DNA from: Candidatus Uhrbacteria bacterium
GTDB taxonomy: Bacteria; Patescibacteriota; Patescibacteriia; UBA9934
Assembly: GCA_030688135.1 (NCBI GenBank)
Contig: JAUYIW010000067.1
Span: 23,982-87,981, forward strand
Reading direction: 5' to 3'
Length of the DNA stretch: 64,000 bases
This document shows positions 10,121 to 19,644 of the stretch, one piece after another. Position 1 is the stretch's first letter; each line of letters begins with the position of its first letter. Below the pieces are notes generated by a model that worked only from the letters and a program-made list of their open reading frames with translations, was not told the origin of the DNA and searched no databases. Made by a program: the position numbers and the translations under genes.

Positions 10121-10173
10121 CTGATAACTGGTCTTGGAAACCCAGGCAAAAAATATCAAAGCACACGCCACAA
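10121..10173 (+). repeat. partial duplicate of the pth 5' end (remnant)
   Basis: CTGATAACTGGTCTTGGAAACCCAGGCAAAAAATATCAAAGCACACGCCACAA mirrors pth codons 3-20. A 24-nt stretch is identical to 10275-10298 and the rest has diverged. Confidence 0.6.
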
Positions 10174-10236
10174 ACCACCCCAAACCCATCCTGAGGAGCA
10201 CTGCATTTCAACGACGAAGGATCTTTTGCAAAAAAT

Positions 10237-10803
10237 ATGACAAAACTTATTGTAGGATTAGGTAATCCCGGCTCAAAATATCAAAGCACACGCCACAATC
10301 TAGGCTTTATGATACTCGACCGCTTGGCTGAAAAGCTCAATGCTAGCTGGAGCGAGGATTTAAAAACATTGGCCGATGTCGCTGAACTTAATCTTGACGG
10401 TGTTAAGGTAATTTTAGCAAAGCCAATGACGTACATGAATAAGTCTGGCGAAGCTGTTGGTGCGCTAGCGCGGAAGTTTAAAGTTGAGTCTGGTGATGTC
10501 TGGGTAGCGCATGATGATGTTGACCTTCCATTTGGTCGATTGCGCGTTCGGCTTGATGGTTCTGCCGGCGGGCACAAAGGGGTTCAAAGTGTAATTGATA
10601 GTCTTCAAGCTAATGATTTTGTACGTTTAAAAGTTGGAGTTGGCGGAACACCTGAAAAAATGGCACTTGAAGATTGGGTGCTCTCAAAGTTCACAAAAGA
10701 AGAGCTCGATGTGTTAGAAGGATTAGTGGAGCAAGTAACAAATAAAATAATAGACGCGATTAAGTCTGGAAGTTTAGAAAATATAACCGAGAACCTTGAG
10801 TAA
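10237..10803 (+). CDS. pth: peptidyl-tRNA hydrolase
   Basis: LIVGLGNPGSKYQSTRHNLGF N-terminal signature. The conserved His/Asp catalytic region is present. 188 aa. Confidence 0.9.
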   Translation: MTKLIVGLGNPGSKYQSTRHNLGFMILDRLAEKLNASWSEDLKTLADVAELNLDGVKVILAKPMTYMNKSGEAVGALARKFKVESGDVWVAHDDVDLPFGRLRVRLDGSAGGHKGVQSVIDSLQANDFVRLKVGVGGTPEKMALEDWVLSKFTKEELDVLEGLVEQVTNKIIDAIKSGSLENITENLE

Positions 10804-10832
10804 GGGCAGGCCAGCATGTCTGCCCTTTTGGT
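10803..10832 (+). terminator. rho-independent terminator after pth
   Basis: AGGGCAGGCCAGCATGTCTGCCCT hairpin followed by TTTTGG. Confidence 0.55.
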
Positions 10833-11073
10833 TAATTCACTGCACCATTTCTACGACGGCGTTTGTCGGGAGGAGAAATCTTTTTTTCTTGTCATCCTGA
10901 CCCTAAGCGAGCCGTAGGCGAGTCGAAGGGGAAGAATCTTTCACTGACAGAATGCGGACTTTTAAGAATGTAAGTTTATTGGGTCACCTTGCTATAAATG
11001 CATATTTGACTCAGTCGGCAGAAAAATACTGTACTCCGGCTACCAATTTTAGCTAATCTCAGCCAAGTGGACT

Positions 11074-11102
11074 TGACAAAAGTGGTTATTTATGATATAT
11101 TA
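11074..11102 (+). promoter_or_regulatory. near-consensus sigma70 promoter (left arm of the island-3 inverted repeat)
   Basis: CTTGACAAAAGTGGTTATTTATGATATATT has TTGACA, a 16-17-nt spacer and TATATT. It is a 29-nt inverted repeat of 12038-12066. Confidence 0.55.
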
Positions 11103-11166
11103 TTAAGTTCCAAAAATGGCCAAACCGTGGCCAGCAACCTTTCAACCCAAAAAAATGGAGGCCAAA

Positions 11167-11616
11167 ATGGCCACCGAAGACGCACACGAATTCATGTTGA
11201 ACCTGGTAGCAGATCAGGCAACCCGAATGGCTATCCTGGCTGCGGGCGGCACGATCGAGCCCAAGGAGTACTATGGAGCAGAGTACCACCACGTAGTGCT
11301 CCCGATGGAAAGCCTGCTCGAGGAGCGAATCCTATATGGAGATGGCCCCATGCGCTACGTCGGCCTCTGCAAGCTGATTGACGGCCAGTGGATCAAGGTC
11401 GCCCCCGCCAATCGCGAGTCGCTCGACCAAATCGGACAGATCGCCCTTTGCGATCTGGACGAAGAGATCCAGCTGTGGACCGATCGCCGTGAGCGACTGC
11501 GCAGAGCCGGAGTCCACATACGCCCAGACTGGGCGGTAGGACTCGCTCCGCATCCGGACTTCCCCGACCCCAGGGGCACAATCCCCGGAGTCAGGCCGGC
11601 TTGCCTCGAATCCTGA
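11167..11616 (+). CDS. hypothetical protein (high-GC island 3)
   Basis: The start was chosen at the ATG preceded by GGAGG (ATGGAGGCCAAAATG). About 150 aa with balanced composition. The longer 11116 start has no RBS. No family recognised. Confidence 0.4.
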   Translation: MATEDAHEFMLNLVADQATRMAILAAGGTIEPKEYYGAEYHHVVLPMESLLEERILYGDGPMRYVGLCKLIDGQWIKVAPANRESLDQIGQIALCDLDEEIQLWTDRRERLRRAGVHIRPDWAVGLAPHPDFPDPRGTIPGVRPACLES

Positions 11617-11665
11617 TCGGCACTGACCCCCGAGTGACGCAAGTCATTCGGGGGTCGTTCTTTTT
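11617..11665. terminator. bidirectional rho-independent terminator shared by convergent genes
   Basis: CCCCCGAGTGACGCAAGTCATTCGGGGG hairpin followed by TCGTTCTTTTTTAT. Confidence 0.6.
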
Positions 11666-11726
11666 TATATGAAAACCGCCCACACAAAAGTGCAGGCGGT
11701 GTCGGGCAGGATGCCCTAGTGCCGAA

Positions 11727-12017
11727 CTATCCGGCGAGTTGCTCGAGAATCCGCTCGAGCTCGGGTTCGGCCGTCAAGTTAGTCGAGTAGACCACACCGT
11801 CCTCAGTAAGTACGTAGTACCCAACGAGACCGGCGCGAACCGCTATCACCTTGTTGGCAATGGTCGACCAGCCTTGAGTGGTCTCGAGATGACCGCCATC
11901 CTGCCATCCCATGAGTCCACCCCCAACTGCGTAGCAGTCAAAAACGTGGCCGACGGATGCGATTGAGAAAACCGACGCCACAAATGCGGCAAAAAAGATC
12001 TGGATCCAGCTTCTCAT
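11727..12017 (-). CDS. small secreted hypothetical protein (high-GC island 3)
   Basis: 96 aa with an N-terminal signal peptide (MRSWIQIFFAAFVASVFSIASVG). An AAGGAG RBS precedes the ATG. It is convergent with the 11167 gene. Confidence 0.4.
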   Translation of the reverse strand: MRSWIQIFFAAFVASVFSIASVGHVFDCYAVGGGLMGWQDGGHLETTQGWSTIANKVIAVRAGLVGYYVLTEDGVVYSTNLTAEPELERILEQLAG

Positions 12018-12037
12018 TTTGTCTCCTTTTATGTTTC

Positions 12038-12066
12038 AAGACAAATGAATATATCACAAATAACCA
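12038..12066 (-). promoter_or_regulatory. near-consensus sigma70 promoter (right arm of the island-3 inverted repeat)
   Basis: The minus strand reads GTTGACAAAAGTGGTTATTTGTGATATATT followed by an AAGGAG RBS. Confidence 0.55.
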
Positions 12067-12499
12067 CTTTTGTCAACCTCAAATCCCTAATTCCTATGAC
12101 TAATAACCTACCGGACAACCACATTTTGTTGCCCTACACGTTTTATAATCTCTAAATCCCAAATATATGCTAAAATGCTCTAAACCTCTCCGTTTGTCGT
12201 TTAACCCCTCTTTAACCCCTTAGCAACCTGAATAACCTCCCTCAAATGCCCCAAAATTCAGACCTCAAATGCTGACTAGTAACGAGCGTTTAACTATACT
12301 TATCAACCAATAATTTACTCTTTGTCGCCTTTCTGAGCACGCCCGGATTTGGTCGGGCAGGAGGCAGGAATAGCATTTTTAACCCTTGCATAACTTTTAT
12401 TAAAACCTGAAATATAGAATACAAGGCGTCCAAAATGCCCTGACGTATACCTGACCTAATGCCGGGCAGGCGCAGGATGGAGAAGTAAACAATTAGAAT

Positions 12500-13576
12500 A
12501 TGTCTTCCGACCTCAAATACTGGCTTGCGCTGAATGTGTACCCAAAATTCGGTCCAAAATCATTGGCCCGACTTTTTAACTATTTCGATTCAATGGAAGA
12601 GGCATTTTCTGCGCCATTAAGCGAAATCAAGCAAGCTGGCATTCCAGAAAAAATAGCTCAAGGCTTCACCGAAATGCGCGAAAATATAAATCCTAACGCC
12701 ACCCTTGCCGAGCTTGAACAACACGGCTTTAACGCAATCACGCTTGCCGACCCAAACTATCCTGCTCACCTTAAACAAATTTACGACCCACCGGCTGTTA
12801 TAAATATTTGGGGTACGCTTCCCTCTTCTGAAATCGCTCATCTTGCAGTTGTAGGATCTCGCCAAGCAACTCCGTACGGCCTTAGAGTTACGCGCGGTTT
12901 AATAGAAGAAGTTGCAGAAGCGGGCGTTGTGATTGTAAGTGGTCTAGCATATGGAATCGATGAAGTAGCTCACCTTGCAACAGTAAATGTTCGTGGACTT
13001 ACCGTGGCAGTTCTCGCGTCTGGCCTTTTAAGCATTAACGGCCGACAAAAAGCAATAGCACAAAAAATTGTACAAACTGGCGGAGCGGTCATTAGTGAAT
13101 TCTCGTTAAATGCCCCAGGCCAAAAACAAAACTTCCCTTTTCGAAACCGTGTTATAAGTGGAATGTGCCAAGGTACGCTAGTTGTGGAAGCTGCAGAAAA
13201 ATCTGGTTCGCTTATTACTGCACGCACAGCAATGGAACAAAACCGCGAGGTTTTCGCAATCCCCGGTCCAATAACGTCGCCAACTTCGTACGGCACAAAT
13301 AATCTAATAAAATTTGGCGCCACACCGGTAACTTGCGCAGAAGATATTTTAGATGGTCTTAATATTGAATCGCGCCCTAATGCAAAGCCTAAACCAAAAC
13401 CAGCCTCAACCGAAGAAGCATTAATTATAGAAACTCTTTCCAAGCAACCAGTACACATCGATAACATTACGCGAATTACTAAACTCCCACCTAATAAAGT
13501 TAGCAGTACGCTCTCACTCATGGAAATAAAAGGCAGGGCTCGCCATGTTGGGGGGAGATACTATATACTAGTTTGA
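12500..13576 (+). CDS. dprA: DNA processing protein DprA (Smf)
   Basis: Rossmann-like DprA core motifs: VVGSRQATPYG, IVSGLAYGID, SGSLITAR, FAIPG. Confidence 0.85.
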   Translation: MSSDLKYWLALNVYPKFGPKSLARLFNYFDSMEEAFSAPLSEIKQAGIPEKIAQGFTEMRENINPNATLAELEQHGFNAITLADPNYPAHLKQIYDPPAVINIWGTLPSSEIAHLAVVGSRQATPYGLRVTRGLIEEVAEAGVVIVSGLAYGIDEVAHLATVNVRGLTVAVLASGLLSINGRQKAIAQKIVQTGGAVISEFSLNAPGQKQNFPFRNRVISGMCQGTLVVEAAEKSGSLITARTAMEQNREVFAIPGPITSPTSYGTNNLIKFGATPVTCAEDILDGLNIESRPNAKPKPKPASTEEALIIETLSKQPVHIDNITRITKLPPNKVSSTLSLMEIKGRARHVGGRYYILV

Positions 13577-13637
13577 CAAGAAGCTCGAAATCCTAAAATC
13601 TAAATCCTAAATAAACTCAAAATCCAATCTGCAAAAT

Positions 13638-14930
13638 TTGAATTTTCGATCTATGCCAAATTTCAAAATAGCATACGACTCTCTGCTCAGTCTTTCAAAC
13701 CTTCAACTAAGGCAATATTCAGATTCAAAAATAGAACTTAAGCGATCGCTTGCTAGAACAAAGACATTACTAAAATTACTTGGAAGTCCCGAAGAGAAAC
13801 TTAAATTTGTTCACATTACAGGAACAAGTGGTAAAGGATCCGTTGCAAATATGATGCATCAAATTCTTGTAGCAGATGATCGCAAAGTTGGAACGTACAC
13901 CTCGCCACATTTAACAAGTTACCTTGAGCGATTTCAGATTAACGACAAATTCATCGACCCAGAACTACTAGCCAGATGTATTCTCGATGTTATTAATGCT
14001 TACTCGCGCCTCCTTGGTAAAGGTGAAAGCGAATTATCATTTTTTGAACTCTCTACCGTTTTAGCTCTTTATGCGTTTCATGAAGCCGGTTGCAAATGGT
14101 GCGTATTGGAAGTTGGATGTGGCGGTCGATACGACGCAACAAATATAATCCCAACGCCAAAGATTGCAATAATTACAAACGTGGATAAAGACCACACAGA
14201 AATACTAGGTGATTCACTTTCAAAAATTGCTTACGAAAAAGCTGGCATAATAAAAAATAAAGGCTTTGTTCTTTGTGGAGAATCAAGGCCTGCGCTACGT
14301 AAGATTTTCATGAAAGAAGCAATCCAAACTCAAGCAGCATTATTTTTTATCAATCAACCTACTTCTGAAATTATAGATGGTAAGTTCGGTCTACATCAGC
14401 AACACAATGCCGCGCTTGCCGAACGCGCTGCCTTTGAGCTTGGAGTTGACCCTCATGTGATAGCGTCCACGCTTAAGAACTTCAAAAAACCAGCATGCAG
14501 ATTTGAAACAGTTCAAAATAATCCTTTGTTAATTCTTGACGGCGCTCATAGCCCGGCAAAAATTAAAGCCGCAGTACGAATGATCAAAAAACTAAATCAA
14601 CCAGTGCATATTTTATTTGGTTGTACTGCTACAAAAGATGCACAAGAATTGATAGATCAACTAAATGAAGTTGCAAAAACAATAACAACAACACGATTTA
14701 CAACAACATTCCGAAAGGCTTCAAATCCGGCACGGCTTCTTTCTTTTGTACAAAAAAGTAAACGGGCTGGATTTTTTCTAGATCCGCAAGAAGCGCTAGA
14801 GCACATTAGGAAACTCACAAAAAATGGTGAGGCTATTGTTGTAACCGGTTCACTTTATCTTGCCGGAGAGCTCAGAGCCGAGTGGGTTTCTGAATCTGAG
14901 ATCTTAAAAAAACGATCAAATAGCTTGTAA
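13638..14930 (+). CDS. folC: folylpolyglutamate synthase / dihydrofolate synthase (Mur ligase family)
   Basis: P-loop ITGTSGKGS. TSPHL motif. Mur-ligase middle and C-terminal domains. Confidence 0.75.
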   Translation: MNFRSMPNFKIAYDSLLSLSNLQLRQYSDSKIELKRSLARTKTLLKLLGSPEEKLKFVHITGTSGKGSVANMMHQILVADDRKVGTYTSPHLTSYLERFQINDKFIDPELLARCILDVINAYSRLLGKGESELSFFELSTVLALYAFHEAGCKWCVLEVGCGGRYDATNIIPTPKIAIITNVDKDHTEILGDSLSKIAYEKAGIIKNKGFVLCGESRPALRKIFMKEAIQTQAALFFINQPTSEIIDGKFGLHQQHNAALAERAAFELGVDPHVIASTLKNFKKPACRFETVQNNPLLILDGAHSPAKIKAAVRMIKKLNQPVHILFGCTATKDAQELIDQLNEVAKTITTTRFTTTFRKASNPARLLSFVQKSKRAGFFLDPQEALEHIRKLTKNGEAIVVTGSLYLAGELRAEWVSESEILKKRSNSL

Positions 14931-15037
14931 TCATAAGCGAACGCAATAATAAGTAAAATGCTCCCGACCAACGCGGGAGTATTGTTTTTTACATCCTCGA
15001 ATGTGTATTGATTTATATTGTGTCCACGCAACCCTAA

Positions 15038-15054
15038 GGGTTGCGGTTGCGAAT
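15038..15054. repeat. REP-like 17-nt palindrome GCAACCCTAAGGGTTGC (copy 1)
   Basis: Perfect palindrome. One of four copies flanking the RAYT gene. Confidence 0.75.
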
Positions 15055-15150
15055 CACAATGTTATCAACACTTGACTTACTTGCTAAAAAATGCTAAAAA
15101 TAAAGTACTCCCCATTACTGCGGGAGTTTTATTTATGCATTCTCGCATAT

Positions 15151-15167
15151 GCAACCCTAAGGGTTGC
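15151..15167. repeat. REP-like palindrome (copy 2)
   Basis: GCAACCCTAAGGGTTGC, directly abutting the ATG at 15168. Confidence 0.75.
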
Positions 15168-15188
15168 ATGCATACAACATACAAGAAT

Positions 15189-15848
15189 ATGCGAGAGCTT
15201 TCGTTCTACAATTCCGGTTTTTTCCACGTCTATAACCGAGGTGTTGATAAACGAGATACCTTTCTGAAAAAGATCGACTGGTTACGTTTTCTACAAATGA
15301 TGGTGTCCGTTAATGACTCAGGAAATAAACGAAAGCGATTTCCTTTGAGAGACAAAACGAACATAGTGCAGAGTGACGAACCTTACGTGCAAATACACTG
15401 CTATACGCTTATGCCAAATCATTTTCATATCTTGTTGGAGCAGCTTGTTGAAGATGGAATTTCAAAATTTATGGGTAGATTATCTAATGGCTATACAAAG
15501 TATTTCAATAAACGTAATAAACGCTCTGGTAGTCTATTCGAAAGTACATTTAAGGCAAGAGAAATCTGTGGTACTGCTGACCTTATTAATATATCCAGAT
15601 ATATTCATCTAAACCCACTTAGCGTGATTAGACCGAAATGGAAAATACAAGGAATCGTCAACTGGCACGATACATTGAATTTTTTAGAACAGTATCCATG
15701 GTCTAGCTACCAGTCATACATGGACATAAATAAGCAACCGTTTGTCGAATCAGATAGAATTATGAGCTGCTTTTCAGGTGCACAAGACTATAAGCAGTTT
15801 ATGCAAGAGTGGACCCCCACAGACCCCAGAGACTTTGTGCAACCCTAA
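15189..15848 (+). CDS. REP-associated tyrosine transposase (RAYT; IS200/IS605-like Y1 HUH transposase)
   Basis: The HUH motif is present (IHCYTLMPNHFHILLEQ). The N-terminal FHVYNRG block and a downstream Tyr region (YIHLNPL) are also present. The gene is flanked by four REP-like palindromes. The start could be at 15168; the annotated 15018 start would run through two palindromes. Confidence 0.7.
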   Translation: MRELSFYNSGFFHVYNRGVDKRDTFLKKIDWLRFLQMMVSVNDSGNKRKRFPLRDKTNIVQSDEPYVQIHCYTLMPNHFHILLEQLVEDGISKFMGRLSNGYTKYFNKRNKRSGSLFESTFKAREICGTADLINISRYIHLNPLSVIRPKWKIQGIVNWHDTLNFLEQYPWSSYQSYMDINKQPFVESDRIMSCFSGAQDYKQFMQEWTPTDPRDFVQP

Positions 15849-15855
15849 GGGTTGC
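15839..15855. repeat. REP-like palindrome (copy 3; overlaps the RAYT stop)
   Basis: GCAACCCTAAGGGTTGC. Confidence 0.75.
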
Positions 15856-15884
15856 ACAACAGAAAACCAATCTTTACTGGTTAG

Positions 15885-15901
15885 TCATAGTGCGTGCAAC
15901 C
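15885..15901. repeat. REP-like palindrome (copy 4; centre base flipped, i.e. opposite orientation)
   Basis: GCAACCCTTAGGGTTGC. Confidence 0.7.
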
Positions 15902-16127
15902 CTTAGGGTTGCACATGAATGTTGCACTTGCTTAACGATGAGTATATATTTGACAACTTGCACCTATATACTGCATTATGCCCCGTAGAGAAACTTCGAA
16001 GTTCTTCTACGGGGTATGTGGGCATTGTCTCAGAAGTCTGAAAGTCTAAAGTCTGAAAGTCCCCAGTCCCCCGACCACTCCTGTTCCATCGTCAACGATC
16101 AATAGTCAATAGTTTCGCAATCCGCTT

Positions 16128-18407
16128 ATGACCAAACTACTCATTGTAGAGTCTCCAACAAAGGCCAAGACAATTAAGAAATTCCTCGGTAGTGAATACG
16201 AGGTTATTTCGTCTTATGGTCATATTCGTGATTTGCCCAAAAAAGAAATGGGAGTAGATATGGAGCATGGTTTTGCTCCTCAGTATGTTGTGCCAGACGA
16301 TAAGAAACAACGTGTAAACGATCTCAAGCGCGCTGCAAAAACAGCAGATGAAATCTATCTGGCTACTGACGAAGACCGCGAAGGAGAAGCGATCGCATGG
16401 CATATTGCCGAGGTTCTTAAAATCGATCCAAAAAATGCTAAGAGAATTACTTTTCACGAAATTACAAAGCACGCAATCGAAGCAGCTCTAAAGGATGCTC
16501 GCAAACTCTCAATGGACCTAATAGACGCTCAGCAAGCAAGACGTATTCTTGATCGTCTTGTTGGTTATGAGCTTTCACCATTTTTGTGGAAAAAAGTTCG
16601 TCGTGGACTTTCTGCAGGCCGTGTTCAGTCTGTTGCAATTCGCATTATTGTTGATCGCGAACGCGAACGTCAAGCATTTAAAACCGATGAGTATTGGACT
16701 ATTGATGGTGAGTTTAAAAAAGATAGTGAAGCATTCGAAGGCAAGCTGTCTCAAATCGACGGAAAGAAACTTAAAAAACTTGCCATTAAAAATCAAGCGG
16801 AAGCTGCAAAAATTGTTGACGACCTAAAAGATGCTGAATATAAGATCGCATCAGTTGAAAAAAAGCACGCAAGCAAAAAACCGCCAACGCCTATTACAAC
16901 ATCAACACTGCAACAAGAAGCAAACAACAAACTCGGATATGGCGCAAAGCAAACAATGACCATTGCGCAAAAACTGTACGAAACCGGTCGCATTACTTAC
17001 ATGCGAACCGACTCGTTAAACTTGGCTGAAAAATTCTTGGCTGAGGCTCAAGATTTTATTTCATCAAACTATGGACCGGATTATGCCAAGGGCTCACAAA
17101 CTTATAAAACAAATAAAAAAGGAGCGCAAGAAGCTCATGAAGCAATAAGACCTACCGACCCTTCTGCAACTCCTGAGTCACTAAAAGGTACAATTGAAGT
17201 TGGTCAGTGGAAACTTTACAACTTGATTTGGCGTCGCACGATGGCAAGTCAAATGCCTGCAGCAAAACTTGAACGCACAGGAATTGATATTAATGCAAAA
17301 AACTATACCTTCCGAGCAAGTGGAAGCATTATTGTTTTCGATGGTTTTATGAAGATTTACAGAAGTGCCAAAGAAAAGTTATTACCAGCTCTTACCGAAG
17401 GCGACAGTGTTGAAGCACAAAAAATAAATCCAGTTCAGCATTTTACAGAACCGCCTGCAAGATATTCTGACGCAACGTTGGTTAAAACTCTTGAGGAACA
17501 TGAAATCGGCAGACCTTCAACATACGCTCCAACAATTCACACAATTATTTCACGCGGTTATATTGACAGGGATGACAATAAAAAACTATACCCTCTCGAT
17601 ATTGCAATGATTGTAAACGATCTTTTAGTTGAGCATTTTGAAAACATTGTAAACTTAGATTTTACAGCTAAGATGGAAAGAACGCTTGACGAAATAGCTG
17701 AAGGAAAAGTCGAATGGGTTCCAATGCTTGAAGCCTTTTACGTACCATTTCATAAAAATCTGGAAGAAAAATCTGGTTCTTTAACGCGCGACGATGTTAT
17801 GCCTGCGCGTGAGCTTGGCAAAGATCCAAAAACTGGAAAAATGATTTTTGTTCGCTCGGGAAGATTTGGTCCATATATTCAACTTGGTGACTGGAGTGAA
17901 GAAGATAGGAAAGAAAAAATCAATAAACCGAAAATGGTTTCTCTTACAAAAGAAATGAACCATGAAACCGTAACATTCGAAGACTCGCTTGAACTATTAA
18001 AACTTCCGCGTACGGTTGGCGCAATGCCTGATGGAGAAAAAATTACAGCGCAAATTGGACCATACGGACCATACCTAAAAGCAGGCAAAACCAATGCGTC
18101 AATTCCCGAAGGTGAAGACCTACTTACGGTTAGTGAAGAACGAGCGCGGGAAATCATTAAAGAGTCAGCTGAACTTAAAAAGCAACGCGACACTCCACTT
18201 GCTGAACTTGGAAAAGATCCAAACTCAAACGGAGATATAGTAATTAAAACCGGACGATACGGACCATACGTTACCGATGGTAAAACAAATGTATCTATAA
18301 AAAAAGATGTTGAGCCAAGCTCGATTACCTCTGAAGTGGCAATCGAAATGCTAGAGAATAAAAGAAAAAACCCAGGCAGAGGACGTTGGGGAAAAAAGAA
18401 AGAGTAA
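16128..18407 (+). CDS. topA: DNA topoisomerase I
   Basis: TOPRIM N-terminus (LLIVESPTKAKTIKKFLG, DEDREGE). Type IA core with active-site Tyr region. C-terminal repeated GR(F/Y)GPY motifs. Confidence 0.92.
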   Translation: MTKLLIVESPTKAKTIKKFLGSEYEVISSYGHIRDLPKKEMGVDMEHGFAPQYVVPDDKKQRVNDLKRAAKTADEIYLATDEDREGEAIAWHIAEVLKIDPKNAKRITFHEITKHAIEAALKDARKLSMDLIDAQQARRILDRLVGYELSPFLWKKVRRGLSAGRVQSVAIRIIVDRERERQAFKTDEYWTIDGEFKKDSEAFEGKLSQIDGKKLKKLAIKNQAEAAKIVDDLKDAEYKIASVEKKHASKKPPTPITTSTLQQEANNKLGYGAKQTMTIAQKLYETGRITYMRTDSLNLAEKFLAEAQDFISSNYGPDYAKGSQTYKTNKKGAQEAHEAIRPTDPSATPESLKGTIEVGQWKLYNLIWRRTMASQMPAAKLERTGIDINAKNYTFRASGSIIVFDGFMKIYRSAKEKLLPALTEGDSVEAQKINPVQHFTEPPARYSDATLVKTLEEHEIGRPSTYAPTIHTIISRGYIDRDDNKKLYPLDIAMIVNDLLVEHFENIVNLDFTAKMERTLDEIAEGKVEWVPMLEAFYVPFHKNLEEKSGSLTRDDVMPARELGKDPKTGKMIFVRSGRFGPYIQLGDWSEEDRKEKINKPKMVSLTKEMNHETVTFEDSLELLKLPRTVGAMPDGEKITAQIGPYGPYLKAGKTNASIPEGEDLLTVSEERAREIIKESAELKKQRDTPLAELGKDPNSNGDIVIKTGRYGPYVTDGKTNVSIKKDVEPSSITSEVAIEMLENKRKNPGRGRWGKKKE

Positions 18408-18450
18408 AAGAATAAACCGCCAATTTTACTTGGCGGTTTATTCTTATTTT
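18406..18450 (+). terminator. rho-independent terminator after topA
   Basis: AAACCGCCAATTTTACTTGGCGGTTT hairpin followed by ATTCTTATTTTTT. Confidence 0.65.
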
Positions 18451-18551
18451 TTACCCGGTGGTTTATAATTTGGAGTTAATAGACATTTAAAGTTGGTGAA
18501 TATCCCGTTTCTCTTCTAACTTTAGCGATAATCTGGAATACTTACGGTCGT

Positions 18552-19550
18552 ATGATCATAAGTGGACCAAAAAAGAGATGCTCGATGTGCTCTAAAACCA
18601 TGCAGCGATGGGGTCGACATCCGTCTGGTAAACAACGCTGGAGGTGTAAGAATTGTGAGAGTTCAAGTATCCGTAGTCGCAAAGACAACCGCCACAAAAA
18701 GCGGTTGTCTTTGTTTGTGCGCTGGCTCACCAGTAAGGCGGCGTTGGATGACTTGGTAACACAAGAAGGCATCACGTTGAGAACCATGACGAGATGGTTT
18801 ACTCCATTTTGGGATCACCCACCACAACCAGACATTCAGATAGGTGTGAGGGTTCTGGTTCTCGACGGAACGTCTGTGATGAAACGAGTGTGTATGCTCC
18901 TCATTGGAGGTGATGCAGACAACGGTCGACCTGTTTCATGGATGGATTGTCCTCGAGAGTGTTACGACTCCTGGGTCGTGTTCTTGAGAGATCTTTCTTG
19001 GAGAGGCATGATCCCTGAAGTGGTCGTCTGTGACGCACAGCGTGGCCTTTTAAAGGCTATTCGTGAAATATGGCCTCAAGTGAAGGTTCAGAGATGTCTG
19101 ATCCATATCGTGAGACAAGCCTGTACTTGGTTGACTAGAAACCCTAAGACCAAAGCTGGTCGAGAGCTTCTTGCCCTGGTTAAAGAACTGCCTCGTCTCC
19201 AGACCAAGCGACAGAAACGTCGGTGGGTCAGGAATTTTTGGAGATGGTATAGACGACACGAGGCGTTTCTCAAAGAACGTAGCTACAGCCCTTCCGGAAA
19301 GTGGTGGTATACCCACCGACGGTTACGAGGCACTCGCTCACTTCTCAAAAACGCCCTGCCTGACTTGTTTCGGTTTGTGACAGACCCATCCATACCAAAA
19401 ACCTCCAACCATGTGGAAGGAGGTTTAAATGCTCGACTTAAGGAACTATTCCGCTGTCATCGAGGCTTTTCACTTCAAAGGAAACTTATTCTTGCTGCCT
19501 GGTATCTAGCATTGAGACAGGGTCAAAAACCAACTTTAAATGTCTATTAG
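18552..19550 (+). CDS. transposase, IS1595-like (N-terminal Zn-ribbon plus DDE domain)
   Basis: N-terminal CxxC...CxxC zinc finger (CSMCSKT...RCKNCES). Size is 332 aa. The C-terminal motif TSNHVEGGLNARLKELFR resembles the N-x-x-E...K signature of IS1595/ISXO2-type DDE transposases. Confidence 0.6.
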   Translation: MIISGPKKRCSMCSKTMQRWGRHPSGKQRWRCKNCESSSIRSRKDNRHKKRLSLFVRWLTSKAALDDLVTQEGITLRTMTRWFTPFWDHPPQPDIQIGVRVLVLDGTSVMKRVCMLLIGGDADNGRPVSWMDCPRECYDSWVVFLRDLSWRGMIPEVVVCDAQRGLLKAIREIWPQVKVQRCLIHIVRQACTWLTRNPKTKAGRELLALVKELPRLQTKRQKRRWVRNFWRWYRRHEAFLKERSYSPSGKWWYTHRRLRGTRSLLKNALPDLFRFVTDPSIPKTSNHVEGGLNARLKELFRCHRGFSLQRKLILAAWYLALRQGQKPTLNVY

Positions 19551-19610
19551 CTCATAATTTGTAATAGTTAAGCTAATCGTTAACCGAAGACTCGCCGCCT
19601 TTCCGAGCAA

Positions 19611-19644
19611 TCACCCAATTAAAATATTTTCGAAACCGGGTTTC
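19611..19644. repeat. perfect 34-bp palindrome AAAATATTTTCGAAACCGGGTTTCGAAAATATTT
   Basis: The 16-bp arms are perfectly complementary. It lies between convergent genes and may be a bidirectional terminator or IS end structure. Confidence 0.7.

Noticed and set aside
15018-15188. Upstream extension of the RAYT ORF
   Set aside because: The extension would translate through two REP palindromes. A start just after the second palindrome is more plausible.
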